Origin: Bacilli bacterium
GTDB lineage: Bacteria; Bacillota_I; Bacilli_A; ML615J-28; CAG-313
DNA length: 64,000 bases
NCBI GenBank assembly: GCA_045653225.1
Contig: JAZOLP010000062.1
Location: 908 to 64,907, forward strand
Direction of reading: 5' to 3'
Under the pieces are notes generated by a model. That model was given only the letters and a program-made list of their open reading frames with translations. It was not told the origin of the DNA and did not search any database. Within the stretch, counting starts at the first letter, position 1; each line of letters starts with the position of its first letter. The translations under genes and the position numbers were made by a program. This document shows, piece after piece, positions 1-7,678 of this stretch.

Positions 1-61
1 TGCCAACTGTCAAAAGTTCCAAGTAATTCTCTGCCTTCATACCAATCATAAACCTTATACA

Positions 62-247
62 TTAAAACCCAACTCCTTCCAATTCATCATTTGCTGTGCC
101 ATATGCGCAGACAACGGTTACTTTTGCCCATTTCCATTCTGGGTGCTTTTCTAATATTTCATTGATTTCTGCTCCTGTTAAGTCGCTTACATATTCAACA
201 ATATGTCCTTTTTCGTTGATAATTGCTTCTGTTTTAATTGTTTTCAT
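62..247 (-). CDS. hypothetical early protein. The ORF track extends it to 289. The Met at 247 is the likelier start because it has an AAAGGAAAGGGGA RBS and lies downstream of the promoter at 280-308.
   Basis: ORF track; RBS inspection; promoter placement. Confidence 0.4.
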   Translation of the reverse strand: MKTIKTEAIINEKGHIVEYVSDLTGAEINEILEKHPEWKWAKVTVVCAYGTANDELEGVGF

Positions 248-279
248 AACGGTTATCCCCTTTCCTTTATTACATATAT

Positions 280-308
280 AGTATAACACATATAAACCAA
301 TTTGTCAA
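280..308 (-). promoter_or_regulatory. sigma70-like promoter: -35 TTGACA, 17-nt spacer, -10 TATACT, read on the minus strand
   Basis: Reverse complement of 303-308 is TTGACA. Reverse complement of 280-285 is TATACT. The spacer is 17 nt. Confidence 0.45.
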
Positions 309-342
309 GGGTTTTTTAGGAAAATTTTTCCAATTTTTTTAG

Positions 343-364
343 TGTCCGATTTATAGGACACTTT
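343..364. promoter_or_regulatory. perfect palindrome AGTGTCC-GATTTATA-GGACACT (7+8+7), a candidate operator just upstream of the leftward promoter
   Basis: Exact inverted repeat seen in the sequence. Confidence 0.4.
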
Positions 365-377
365 AATGATTTAATGA

Positions 378-505
378 ACTAAAGTGATTCCGGGATGCCA
401 CTTTATTACTTTATTGAAGTAAAGCGGAGCATAAAAAATTCACTTTAGTACACTAAAGCGAAATTCGGAGCCCGCGCGAAATAGACTGCCGCGCAGGCTC
501 CGGCG
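378..505. repeat. cluster of CTAAAG/CTTTAG inverted repeats (381-407 and 441-460) followed by a GC-rich hairpin (467-505) in an otherwise AT-rich spacer
   Basis: TAAAGTG...CACTTTA and CTTTAGT-aca-ACTAAAG pairings; GGAGCCCGCGCG...CGCGCAGGCTCC stem. Confidence 0.35.
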
Positions 506-526
506 AGTAAAAAAAAATAAGAGCTA

Positions 527-817
527 TTAGCCCTTCGCTCTTAGCTCCTGAAACTGTTCCCATAAGTCTTGCGGTACATCAATACCATAGTCTTGAAAAC
601 CTTTTATTAATGCTTCTATTTCCGCGGGTGTGCGTCTGTCTGTGATTATCTCAAAACAGAGATATGCGCGTTTTTCATCTGTCTTAATATAACAAAAATC
701 ACATTCATCGCCTTCTGCAATTTTATATGCGTCCCTTATTTTCTTTGGTATACCTATGCGCCCTGCGTTGTCTATTTTGCGGGACTGGTCAAGTTTTTTG
801 AATTCAATTATATTCAT
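527..817 (-). CDS. AbrB/SpoVT/MazE-family DNA-binding regulator
   Basis: The GRIGIPKKIRDAYKIAEGD motif matches the swapped-hairpin GRVVIPKEIR signature. The protein is 96 aa. Confidence 0.6.
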   Translation of the reverse strand: MNIIEFKKLDQSRKIDNAGRIGIPKKIRDAYKIAEGDECDFCYIKTDEKRAYLCFEIITDRRTPAEIEALIKGFQDYGIDVPQDLWEQFQELRAKG

Positions 818-891
818 CGCGTAAAAATCTCCCTTGTGCCAGAGTTGTGAAATTTCAGTCGTTTGCGAGTTATCGCTCAGACTGATGAACT

Positions 892-1050
892 TTATTGTGC
901 TTTAATCATTTCTGCAATGTTCCAAGTTTCAGGAGTTTTGCATATGCCTGAATCCTTAAACGCACAATAGTCGCAATTATCTTGTTGAGTGCAATAGTCT
1001 TTGATAGTTTGCAACGATATAACAAGTTCATTATACTCATTACTCTTCAA
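892..1050 (-). CDS. small Cys-containing protein (52 aa, TTG start), below the ORF-track size cutoff
   Basis: GGAAAGGAGATAA RBS 7 nt upstream of TTG; own promoter at 1086-1114; open frame to TAA at 892-894. Confidence 0.3.
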   Translation of the reverse strand: MKSNEYNELVISLQTIKDYCTQQDNCDYCAFKDSGICKTPETWNIAEMIKAQ

Positions 1051-1085
1051 GGTTGATTATCTCCTTTCCTTTATTTTCTATATAT

Positions 1086-1114
1086 ATTATATAAAAAATT
1101 TTTAAGAAACGCAA
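1086..1114 (-). promoter_or_regulatory. sigma70-like promoter: -35 TTGCGT, 17-nt spacer, -10 TATAAT. It shares the motif TAAAAATTTTTTA-TATAAT with two other leftward promoters.
   Basis: Reverse complement of 1086-1091 is TATAAT. Reverse complement of 1109-1114 is TTGCGT. Confidence 0.4.
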
Positions 1115-1135
1115 AAGAAACGCGGAAATCCGCGT
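1100..1135 (-). terminator. hairpin ACGCGG-aaat-CCGCGT followed by a T-tract on the minus strand, after the small TM ORF
   Basis: Stem at 1120-1135 and T-rich run in the reverse complement of 1100-1119. Confidence 0.35.
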
Positions 1136-1139
1136 CCCC

Positions 1140-1298
1140 TTACTTTATCCAGTTATAGACAATTAAGCCAATGTTCCACTCCTGAAGCTCGACTGAAGTA
1201 TGCCAAGCCAACTGCCCGCAAATTATAAAGTCAATTATACTTGCAACTATCCATATTGCTATTATGGTTATGATTATATTTTCAATTTTTTCTCTCAT
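1140..1298 (-). CDS. small membrane protein (52 aa, one TM segment), below the ORF-track size cutoff
   Basis: AGAAAGAGGTATAATGAT RBS then ATG; hydrophobic core IIITIIAIWIVASIIDFII. Confidence 0.35.
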   Translation of the reverse strand: MREKIENIIITIIAIWIVASIIDFIICGQLAWHTSVELQEWNIGLIVYNWIK

Positions 1299-1331
1299 AT
1301 CATTATACCTCTTTCTGTTATATAACAGAGA

Positions 1332-1601
1332 TTAAATCTCTGCTATATAACCCTTTGGAAAATTAATAATTCTAAATGTTAAACTACCTTTATAATTCTT
1401 CTGAAATTCTTTTGCTTGTTCATAAGTCAAACAATATAATGTTAATAATAAACAATCTTCTCTTATTTCATTTACCGTCATATCAATTTTTATGTTTGGA
1501 TAATTATTTACATCAATAACTTTTTTAGTTATTGGATTATATGGTAAATAATAACTTGCCTTTCTTTCTTCCATTGTTCTTGTTGTTGTTTTGTTTGTCA
1601 T
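1332..1601 (-). CDS. hypothetical early protein
   Basis: ORF track; position in the leftward early block. Confidence 0.5.
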   Translation of the reverse strand: MTNKTTTRTMEERKASYYLPYNPITKKVIDVNNYPNIKIDMTVNEIREDCLLLTLYCLTYEQAKEFQKNYKGSLTFRIINFPKGYIAEI

Positions 1602-1656
1602 AGTTTTATCCTTCTTTCTTTATAATTATTTTATCTTTATATAGTGAATTGCTTCA

Positions 1657-1959
1657 CTATATAAAGTATTTTGATTTGCAATCAATATATAAGCTTTCTA
1701 ATTGCTTTAATTTATTATCATACTTCTGTGGTAGAAATCTGTAGTTATAACTATAACATAAATCTTCTAACCAATCAAACCACTTTATGAAATTATCTGT
1801 GTTATGTTCTTCGATTTTGCCATCAATAATCATTTCATCTAATCTTCTGATATGGTCTTTAATATCATCAATCAAATAGATAATATTTTGTATTTGTGTA
1901 TTTTTAATATTTAAGTGCAACTTAATAATTTTAATTTTCATAATATTACAACCTTTCAT
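1657..1959 (-). CDS. hypothetical early protein
   Basis: ORF track. Confidence 0.5.
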   Translation of the reverse strand: MKGCNIMKIKIIKLHLNIKNTQIQNIIYLIDDIKDHIRRLDEMIIDGKIEEHNTDNFIKWFDWLEDLCYSYNYRFLPQKYDNKLKQLESLYIDCKSKYFI

Positions 1960-1995
1960 TATAATTATATTTTTATCTTTATAGTTGCGATTTAT

Positions 1996-2259
1996 TCAAT
2001 CGCAACTATTAATCAATTCAAATTCTATTGTTAAAATTTTATAGTTTTCTCTGTCATATATAAAATTGCCAAATGGATGAATTCCTTTATAACTTTGCAC
2101 TATTTCAATTATAGGTGTTGCATTTTCGTAGTATTCTGCAGGAATAAACTCACAAGCAAAAATATTCTTTTTTCTATCATAGAATCGTATTAATATATCA
2201 TCATTAAATTGTTCGCCGATTCCTTCAACCATTTTTGTAATTTGTTCAACTCTTAACAT
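1996..2259 (-). CDS. hypothetical early protein
   Basis: ORF track. Confidence 0.5.
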   Translation of the reverse strand: MLRVEQITKMVEGIGEQFNDDILIRFYDRKKNIFACEFIPAEYYENATPIIEIVQSYKGIHPFGNFIYDRENYKILTIEFELINSCD

Positions 2260-2321
2260 TTTTAAAATCTCCTTATTATAATATTTTTATTATTATAGTT
2301 GAGCTTTAAAGCTCAACTATA

Positions 2322-2666
2322 TTATAATCTTGTTGACCAATACCATCGTTCAAGAGCTTCTCTTTCCCTTTGGTCTGCTTCAGCTAATTTATTGTATACT
2401 TTTTGAGCTTTACTTTGTATACTTTCATAATCAATACAATAAGCATTTATTCCAATATAATCACAAAGTTTATCATTATAAAGTTGTTCAACCCTGTTAC
2501 ACAATTTAAGTATTTCATCAACATTTCGTTCGTAAATATCTTTATTTTCGTATTTTCTTAAAGAATTTACTACATAGTCTAAGCTGTCCATAAATTCAAG
2601 AATATCAAACCATTTGTTTCTATTCAATTCAAATTTTAAACCTTTTACAATTTTTACTTTTAACAT
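2322..2666 (-). CDS. hypothetical early protein
   Basis: ORF track; strong RBS AAAAAGGAGATTAAAAAAA. Confidence 0.55.
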   Translation of the reverse strand: MLKVKIVKGLKFELNRNKWFDILEFMDSLDYVVNSLRKYENKDIYERNVDEILKLCNRVEQLYNDKLCDYIGINAYCIDYESIQSKAQKVYNKLAEADQREREALERWYWSTRL

Positions 2667-2725
2667 TTTTTTAATCTCCTTTTTTTAATTTGATTTTTTA
2701 GGACTTGCGCATCCCTGATACAATT

Positions 2726-2754
2726 ATTGTAACACTGAATTTTGAATTTGTCAA
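2726..2754 (-). promoter_or_regulatory. leftward early promoter: -35 TTGACA, 17-nt spacer, -10 TACAAT
   Basis: Reverse complement of 2749-2754 is TTGACA. Reverse complement of 2726-2731 is TACAAT. Confidence 0.5.
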
Positions 2755-2819
2755 CACTTTTGTTAAAAGTTTTTTGCATTTTTTTTAAAATTGTTTAAAT
2801 CTGACGCAGATTTTATTTA

Positions 2820-2945
2820 AAAATGTAGGAATTTGGTTGGTTTTTAAAAAAATGGATTAAAGCCGTTTTAAAACATAAAACTGATTTTTTTGTGGTTTTT
2901 AAGTGTTTTTTAAAAAGTTTTTTATTGTTTTTAAGTTTTTTTATT
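2820..2945. repeat. iteron-like repeats of GTTTTTAA/TTTTTAAAA, at least 5 copies, in the divergent intergenic region
   Basis: ggtttttaaaaaaa, cgttttaaaac, tggtttttaagtg, tgttttttaaaaag and tgtttttaagttt are all visible. Confidence 0.4.
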
Positions 2946-3134
2946 TATTTTTTATATTTAATAGGAAGCGATTTTTTACTTTAGTTTAATAAAGCGGGGC
3001 TTGTTTGTAGGATTAGTGTAAAGTGTTTTACTTTACAGTTTGTGCCTGACACTTCCAATCCAGTAACTCAATTCCTAACCAAATTACGACACAAAATTTT
3101 TTTCTTGACTAAACATTCCCTACGCCAACTAAAC

Positions 3135-3163
3135 TTGCCTTACCCAAAAATTTTTGCTATTAT
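3135..3163 (+). promoter_or_regulatory. rightward promoter: -35 TTGCCT, 17-nt spacer, extended -10 TGcTATTAT. It sits upstream of the structural gene block.
   Basis: Sequence inspection. Confidence 0.4.
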
Positions 3164-3186
3164 AACCCTAAGAAAGAAGGTGAAAT

Positions 3187-4191
3187 ATGAAACTAGATTA
3201 TACCTTACAAACTGCAGAAGAAAGACTACAGCTTGTAAATCAAATTTTAGAAGAAAATCCAAATCCCAATGAAAAATATCTGGAAATTTTGGCAGATTAT
3301 TTAATCATTGGCTTTGATAAAGATAAAAAACGATTAGTAACACCCAATAGAGAACAAACAATTGCGAAAAGAGAAACTTCTTGGGAAGGACTTGCGGAAC
3401 AGTTTGAGCAAGGTGAGGATTCCATCAATGGGCTTATTCGCAATGATAAACATATTTTATTTCGCCCAAGAGATACAATTACCGATAAAGATGTTGCGGA
3501 AGTTCCTTTCCTTGCGCAAATCCGCGAGACAATCTCTAACTGGGAACAATATATGCGGAAAGCGAGCGGAAGAAGCGCATATCTGGCCAAAACCGCTTTA
3601 ATCGAAACCCGCAAAGAACAATATGCTGTAAAGAATGCGTACCGCAAACCTGTAATTGCAATCGCGCCAATCCACTCAAAAAAACCATTTTATTTAGACG
3701 CAGAAGAAGAATTAGTAAATGGCGATTTGGTCTACAACGCTGCTTCCTTCTGTAATAAAGACCTTATTCTTAATATACTTTGTAATTATGCTCAGTTGCG
3801 CGAGGCCGGTAAAGGTGACTTTAATAGCGATGTGTGGTTCCTCATGGAAGCTTTTGATGAATTGTGCGGCCGTGCCTTAGAAAAAGACTCCTTTTATGAA
3901 AAAGTAATGCGCTACAAGATAGAAGGTAAAACTAACGCAGAAATTAACGAGCTTTTGGGCAATAAACACACAGATGAGTTTTTCTCTGTTGTATGGCGCA
4001 AAAAAATTCCAAAAATTATTGCGGACAGGGCATTTGCGGAAAATCTTATTTGGCTCTGGAGTAAAGATAGTGAACTACCTTGGAAGAAATGCGGCCGTTG
4101 CGGCCAGGAGAAGCCAGCTCACCCATATTTCTTTAGTCGAAATAAAAATAATTTTTATAGTATATGTAAAGAATGTAGAAAAAGAAAATAA
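3187..4191 (+). CDS. hypothetical protein with a C-terminal CxxC...CxxC zinc ribbon and a possible HTH. It may be a DNA-binding or terminase-small-subunit-like protein, but this is unproven.
   Basis: C-terminal CGRCGQEKPAHPYFFSRNKNNFYSICKEC; first gene after the rightward promoter. Confidence 0.5.
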   Translation: MKLDYTLQTAEERLQLVNQILEENPNPNEKYLEILADYLIIGFDKDKKRLVTPNREQTIAKRETSWEGLAEQFEQGEDSINGLIRNDKHILFRPRDTITDKDVAEVPFLAQIRETISNWEQYMRKASGRSAYLAKTALIETRKEQYAVKNAYRKPVIAIAPIHSKKPFYLDAEEELVNGDLVYNAASFCNKDLILNILCNYAQLREAGKGDFNSDVWFLMEAFDELCGRALEKDSFYEKVMRYKIEGKTNAEINELLGNKHTDEFFSVVWRKKIPKIIADRAFAENLIWLWSKDSELPWKKCGRCGQEKPAHPYFFSRNKNNFYSICKECRKRK

Positions 4192-4211
4192 AAAAGAAAG
4201 GAGAGGATATA

Positions 4212-5522
4212 GTGGCAGCAGAAAAATTTAAAATGTATTGCGATAAGTGCGGCCGCCTCAAAAATAGTGACAAATATTATTCCACAAATAATTTAGAAAA
4301 ATATCCAAAAGGCAAGGTCACCGTATGTAAAGATTGTATGACTATGCACATTGATAATTTTCAGCCTGAAACATATGTGTGGATCATGAAAGAGGTAGAT
4401 GTACCTTACGTTCCAGATGTGTGGAATAAAGTATTGTTAAGTTATAAAGATCAGCCGGACAAGCTGGTGGGGCCTACTATTATGGGTAGATATATGTCTC
4501 AAATGAAATTGAGCCAATATAAAAATAAGCGCTGGGCAGATACACAAACACTGTCAGAAGAAAGAAAAGCTAGTGCCCGCAGATCACTAAAAGCGCAAGG
4601 TTATTCAGAAGAAGAAATTGAGGAAGAAGTTAAAAAAATGAATATTCCTGAGTCTGCGCCTCCACCAGAAGAGAAAGAAACTTACTCAAGTTTTATGGCG
4701 CGAGAGCCTGATGTAGATATGGCTTCTGAAGTCGCAGCTTTGCAGAATATGATCACAGAGATGCGCGAACAGGCTCAGAAAGATGCGGAAGCCCAGGCAG
4801 AGTTAGATAGGATTGCGGATTTGACTAAACCATCCCTAGACCCGCCAAATCTCGAAGCTCCTGGACAAGTCGCAGCAGACCCTTATGGGCCAAGTTATTT
4901 TGAAGATACTTTAACAGAAGATGATAGAAGAATGTTATCTTTGAAATGGGGCAGACAGTATACTCCAGAAGAATGGGTTAGACTTGAACAGCTTTATGTT
5001 GATATGTTTAACTCTTTTGATATTCAGAACGCGGGACACGTGGATACTTTAAAATTAATTTGTAAAACTTCGTTAAAAACACACCAGCTTTTGGATATGG
5101 GCGATGTAGAAGGTGCAAAGAAAACACAGGCCATGTATGATTCTTTAATGAAATCTGGTAAGTTTACTGCGCAACAAAATAAAGCAGAGTCTGGAGACGA
5201 TGTTGACTCTGTTGGTGAATTAGTTGCAATGTGCGAAAAACAAGGTTTTATTCCAAGATATTGCACTGATATCCCGCAAGACAAAGTAGATAAAACTTTA
5301 GCAGATTTAAAGCAATATACTAAAACACTTATTACAGAAGAACTTAATCTTGGAAATCTTATTGAAAATGCGATTAGACAAATGCAGAAGCAAGATGAAT
5401 TTGAACAGAAGCTTGAAGATGATGAAGATATATTAGTTCCTACTGTTGATGAGTTAGAAGATGAAGACTATGAAGATTTCTATGATTTCCTCGAAGGAGA
5501 AGAGGAGGATGAAGATGAATAA
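4212..5522 (+). CDS. hypothetical protein with an N-terminal zinc ribbon and a strongly acidic C-terminus
   Basis: CDKCG...CKDC at the N-terminus; EDDEDILVPTVDELEDEDYEDFYDFLEGEEEDEDE tail; its stop overlaps the TerL start (translational coupling). Confidence 0.5.
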   Translation: MAAEKFKMYCDKCGRLKNSDKYYSTNNLEKYPKGKVTVCKDCMTMHIDNFQPETYVWIMKEVDVPYVPDVWNKVLLSYKDQPDKLVGPTIMGRYMSQMKLSQYKNKRWADTQTLSEERKASARRSLKAQGYSEEEIEEEVKKMNIPESAPPPEEKETYSSFMAREPDVDMASEVAALQNMITEMREQAQKDAEAQAELDRIADLTKPSLDPPNLEAPGQVAADPYGPSYFEDTLTEDDRRMLSLKWGRQYTPEEWVRLEQLYVDMFNSFDIQNAGHVDTLKLICKTSLKTHQLLDMGDVEGAKKTQAMYDSLMKSGKFTAQQNKAESGDDVDSVGELVAMCEKQGFIPRYCTDIPQDKVDKTLADLKQYTKTLITEELNLGNLIENAIRQMQKQDEFEQKLEDDEDILVPTVDELEDEDYEDFYDFLEGEEEDEDE

Positions 5523-7240
5523 TGGCTCTCAGCGATATATTACAAATTTCAGATAGTAAAAAAATAGGTGTTTCAGAAGAAAGAATTAAACCTATATTAC
5601 CAGTCATAAGAGACTATGTATCCTTCTGGCGAGAATACCCAGATATATTCGTAGACCATATGAGTGGCGGCCAGTTCAATTTATTCTTCTATCAGCGTGT
5701 GTTTATGCGCGGAGCCATGCGTCATAAGTATGTCTTCGCGACATTCCCTCGTGCGTTCTCAAAAAGTTTTTTAAGTATTATGCTTTTGATGATTAGGTGT
5801 ATTCTTTACCCTCGTGCGGCATTGTTTGTTACTTCTGGTAATAAAGAGCAATCTGCTAGTATTATTGCGGAAAAGGTAAATGAAATTTGCTTAAAAATTC
5901 CTGCTTTTGATCGAGAAATAGATTATAGCAAAGGTCAAAAAGGTACTCAGTTTAGAAGAGATAAGGTGCGTATCGCATTCAAAAATGGTTCTTATTTTGA
6001 TAATATTGCGGCCCGTGAAAGCTCCAGAGGTCAGCGTCGTCATGGCGGACTTGTAGAAGAATGTGTTGGTGTAGATGGGGAAATCCTATCTTCGGTAATT
6101 ATTCCTACAATGAACGTTGCGCGTCCTTGTATGGATGGTGTTGCAGTACCCGAGGAGACATTGAATAAGTCGCAAATTTATATCACAACCGCGGGTTGGA
6201 AGGGAACATATAGCTACGATAAACTTATCTCGTTTTTGGTGTGTTCAGTCCCGAAGCCGGATAAATATTTTGTAATGGGTGGTACTTATAAGATACCTGT
6301 TATGGAAAAATTGCTTGATGCAAGTTTTATCCAAGATATTCAGAATGAAGGAACTTTTAATGAAGCAGCCTTTGAAAGAGAATATTGTTCTCGTTGGTCT
6401 GGAACCGCGGAAAAGTCTTTCTTTAATGGTGAGGCTTTTGATAAATGTAGACAATTAAAGCAGCCAGAGTATGAAGCTAGCGGGCGCTCAATGAAAGGTT
6501 CATATTATGTGTTTAGTGCGGATATTGGACGTAAATCTGACGCATCTGTTGTTACAATTTTTAAAGTAACTCCGCAACCAACGGGACCTTCTTTAAAGTC
6601 TGTTGTTAATATAAAAACCTGGTCAGACATTCATATTGAAGATCAAATATTAGAATTTAAACGACTATATTTCTTATACAAACCTCGTGCGTTTGTAATT
6701 GATGCCAATGGTATCGGTATTAACTATGTTGACCTTTTGGTTAAAAGTCAAATAGACCCAGAGACGGGAGATGAATTCCCAGGATTTGGCGTAATCAATG
6801 ATAAAGATGGGGAGTATAAAAAATTCCTGTCAAATAGTACAATACGAGATGTCTTATATCTTGTAAAGGCAAACGCGCAATTCAACACAGAGATGTATTC
6901 TAATTTACAAGTTCAAATTAATTCTGGTAAAGTTAAATTTTTAACAGATGAAAGAGTTGCGAAAGCTAAGTTGCTAAATACGCGCAAAGGTGAAGCAATG
7001 TCTCCAGAAGAGAGAGAAAAATATCTTAGACCATTCACATTAACCTCAATTCTTAAAGAAGAAATGATGAATCTAACAGAAGAAAATGAAGGTCAAAATA
7101 TTAGACTTGTAAAAATTAATAAAAGAATTAAAAAAGATAAAGTGTCCAGTCTAGGATATGGACTTTATTATATAAAAACTCAAGAAGAAACAAAGAAGAA
7201 AAAGAAATTCAATGTTCGTGATTATATTAGAATGAATTAA
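5522..7240 (+). CDS. terminase large subunit (putative)
   Basis: 572 aa; a deviant Walker-A-like stretch FPRAFSKSF; a C-terminal RNaseH-like nuclease signature VIDANGIGINYVD; position upstream of the portal. Confidence 0.6.
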   Translation: MALSDILQISDSKKIGVSEERIKPILPVIRDYVSFWREYPDIFVDHMSGGQFNLFFYQRVFMRGAMRHKYVFATFPRAFSKSFLSIMLLMIRCILYPRAALFVTSGNKEQSASIIAEKVNEICLKIPAFDREIDYSKGQKGTQFRRDKVRIAFKNGSYFDNIAARESSRGQRRHGGLVEECVGVDGEILSSVIIPTMNVARPCMDGVAVPEETLNKSQIYITTAGWKGTYSYDKLISFLVCSVPKPDKYFVMGGTYKIPVMEKLLDASFIQDIQNEGTFNEAAFEREYCSRWSGTAEKSFFNGEAFDKCRQLKQPEYEASGRSMKGSYYVFSADIGRKSDASVVTIFKVTPQPTGPSLKSVVNIKTWSDIHIEDQILEFKRLYFLYKPRAFVIDANGIGINYVDLLVKSQIDPETGDEFPGFGVINDKDGEYKKFLSNSTIRDVLYLVKANAQFNTEMYSNLQVQINSGKVKFLTDERVAKAKLLNTRKGEAMSPEEREKYLRPFTLTSILKEEMMNLTEENEGQNIRLVKINKRIKKDKVSSLGYGLYYIKTQEETKKKKKFNVRDYIRMN

Positions 7241-7244
7241 GAAA

Positions 7245-7290
7245 AAAAATGGGCGAAATCGAGCAAACTATTTCGTCCATTTTTTAAATA
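7245..7290 (+). terminator. hairpin AATGGGCGAAA-loop-TTTCGTCCATT flanked by an A-tract and a T-tract (bidirectional-type)
   Basis: 11-bp stem with one G-U pair, followed by TTTTTT. Confidence 0.45.
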
Positions 7291-7315
7291 ATATTAGAAG
7301 ACTGGAGGAATTTTT

Positions 7316-7678
7316 ATGAAAGCTAGTAAAGGTGAAATAAAAATATGTGAAATATTAGAAATGAATGATATTCCATTTGTTGAAGAATATTCTTTCCAAG
7401 GCTTAGTTAGTACCAATGGTAGATTATTAGCTTTTGATTTCGCCGTTTTTGATGATGCAGGTGATTTAGATTTCTTAATTGAATTTCAAGGTAAACAACA
7501 CTATGAACCTGTAAGTAAATTTGGCGGAAAAAGAGGATTATTTCAACAACAACATAATGATAATTTAAAAAGAAGATTTTGTATGAAAAACAATATTAAA
7601 TTAATTGAAATTCCTTACACTGATTATAATTACATTACGTATGATTATATAATGAAAAAAGCAGGTTACTGTGATTGA
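7316..7678 (+). CDS. small Vsr/DUF559-like PD-(D/E)xK endonuclease-fold protein, a free-standing homing-endonuclease-like gene between terL and portal
   Basis: LAFDFAV...LIEFQGKQHY...NDNLKRRFCMKNNIKLIEIPY resembles the D...IExDGxxH...D..R..L...G..V.R pattern. Confidence 0.4.
   Translation: MKASKGEIKICEILEMNDIPFVEEYSFQGLVSTNGRLLAFDFAVFDDAGDLDFLIEFQGKQHYEPVSKFGGKRGLFQQQHNDNLKRRFCMKNNIKLIEIPYTDYNYITYDYIMKKAGYCD

Noticed and set aside
96-281. 61-aa + strand ORF
   Set aside because: It lies entirely antisense to a better-supported minus-strand gene and has no RBS.
467-505. GC-rich hairpin considered as a terminator of the AbrB-like gene
   Set aside because: On the minus strand the T-run precedes the stem rather than following it. 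It is kept only as a structured element in the findings.
4081-4100. GCGGCCGTTGCGGCC as additional NotI sites
   Set aside because: Neither is an exact GCGGCCGC. They were not counted.
3042-4231. Several short ORFs: 3042-3272, 3297-3647, 3362-3601 and 3974-4231
   Set aside because: They overlap the 334-aa gene in other frames or lie in the promoter region. They have no RBS and are low-complexity, so they are probably frame artefacts.
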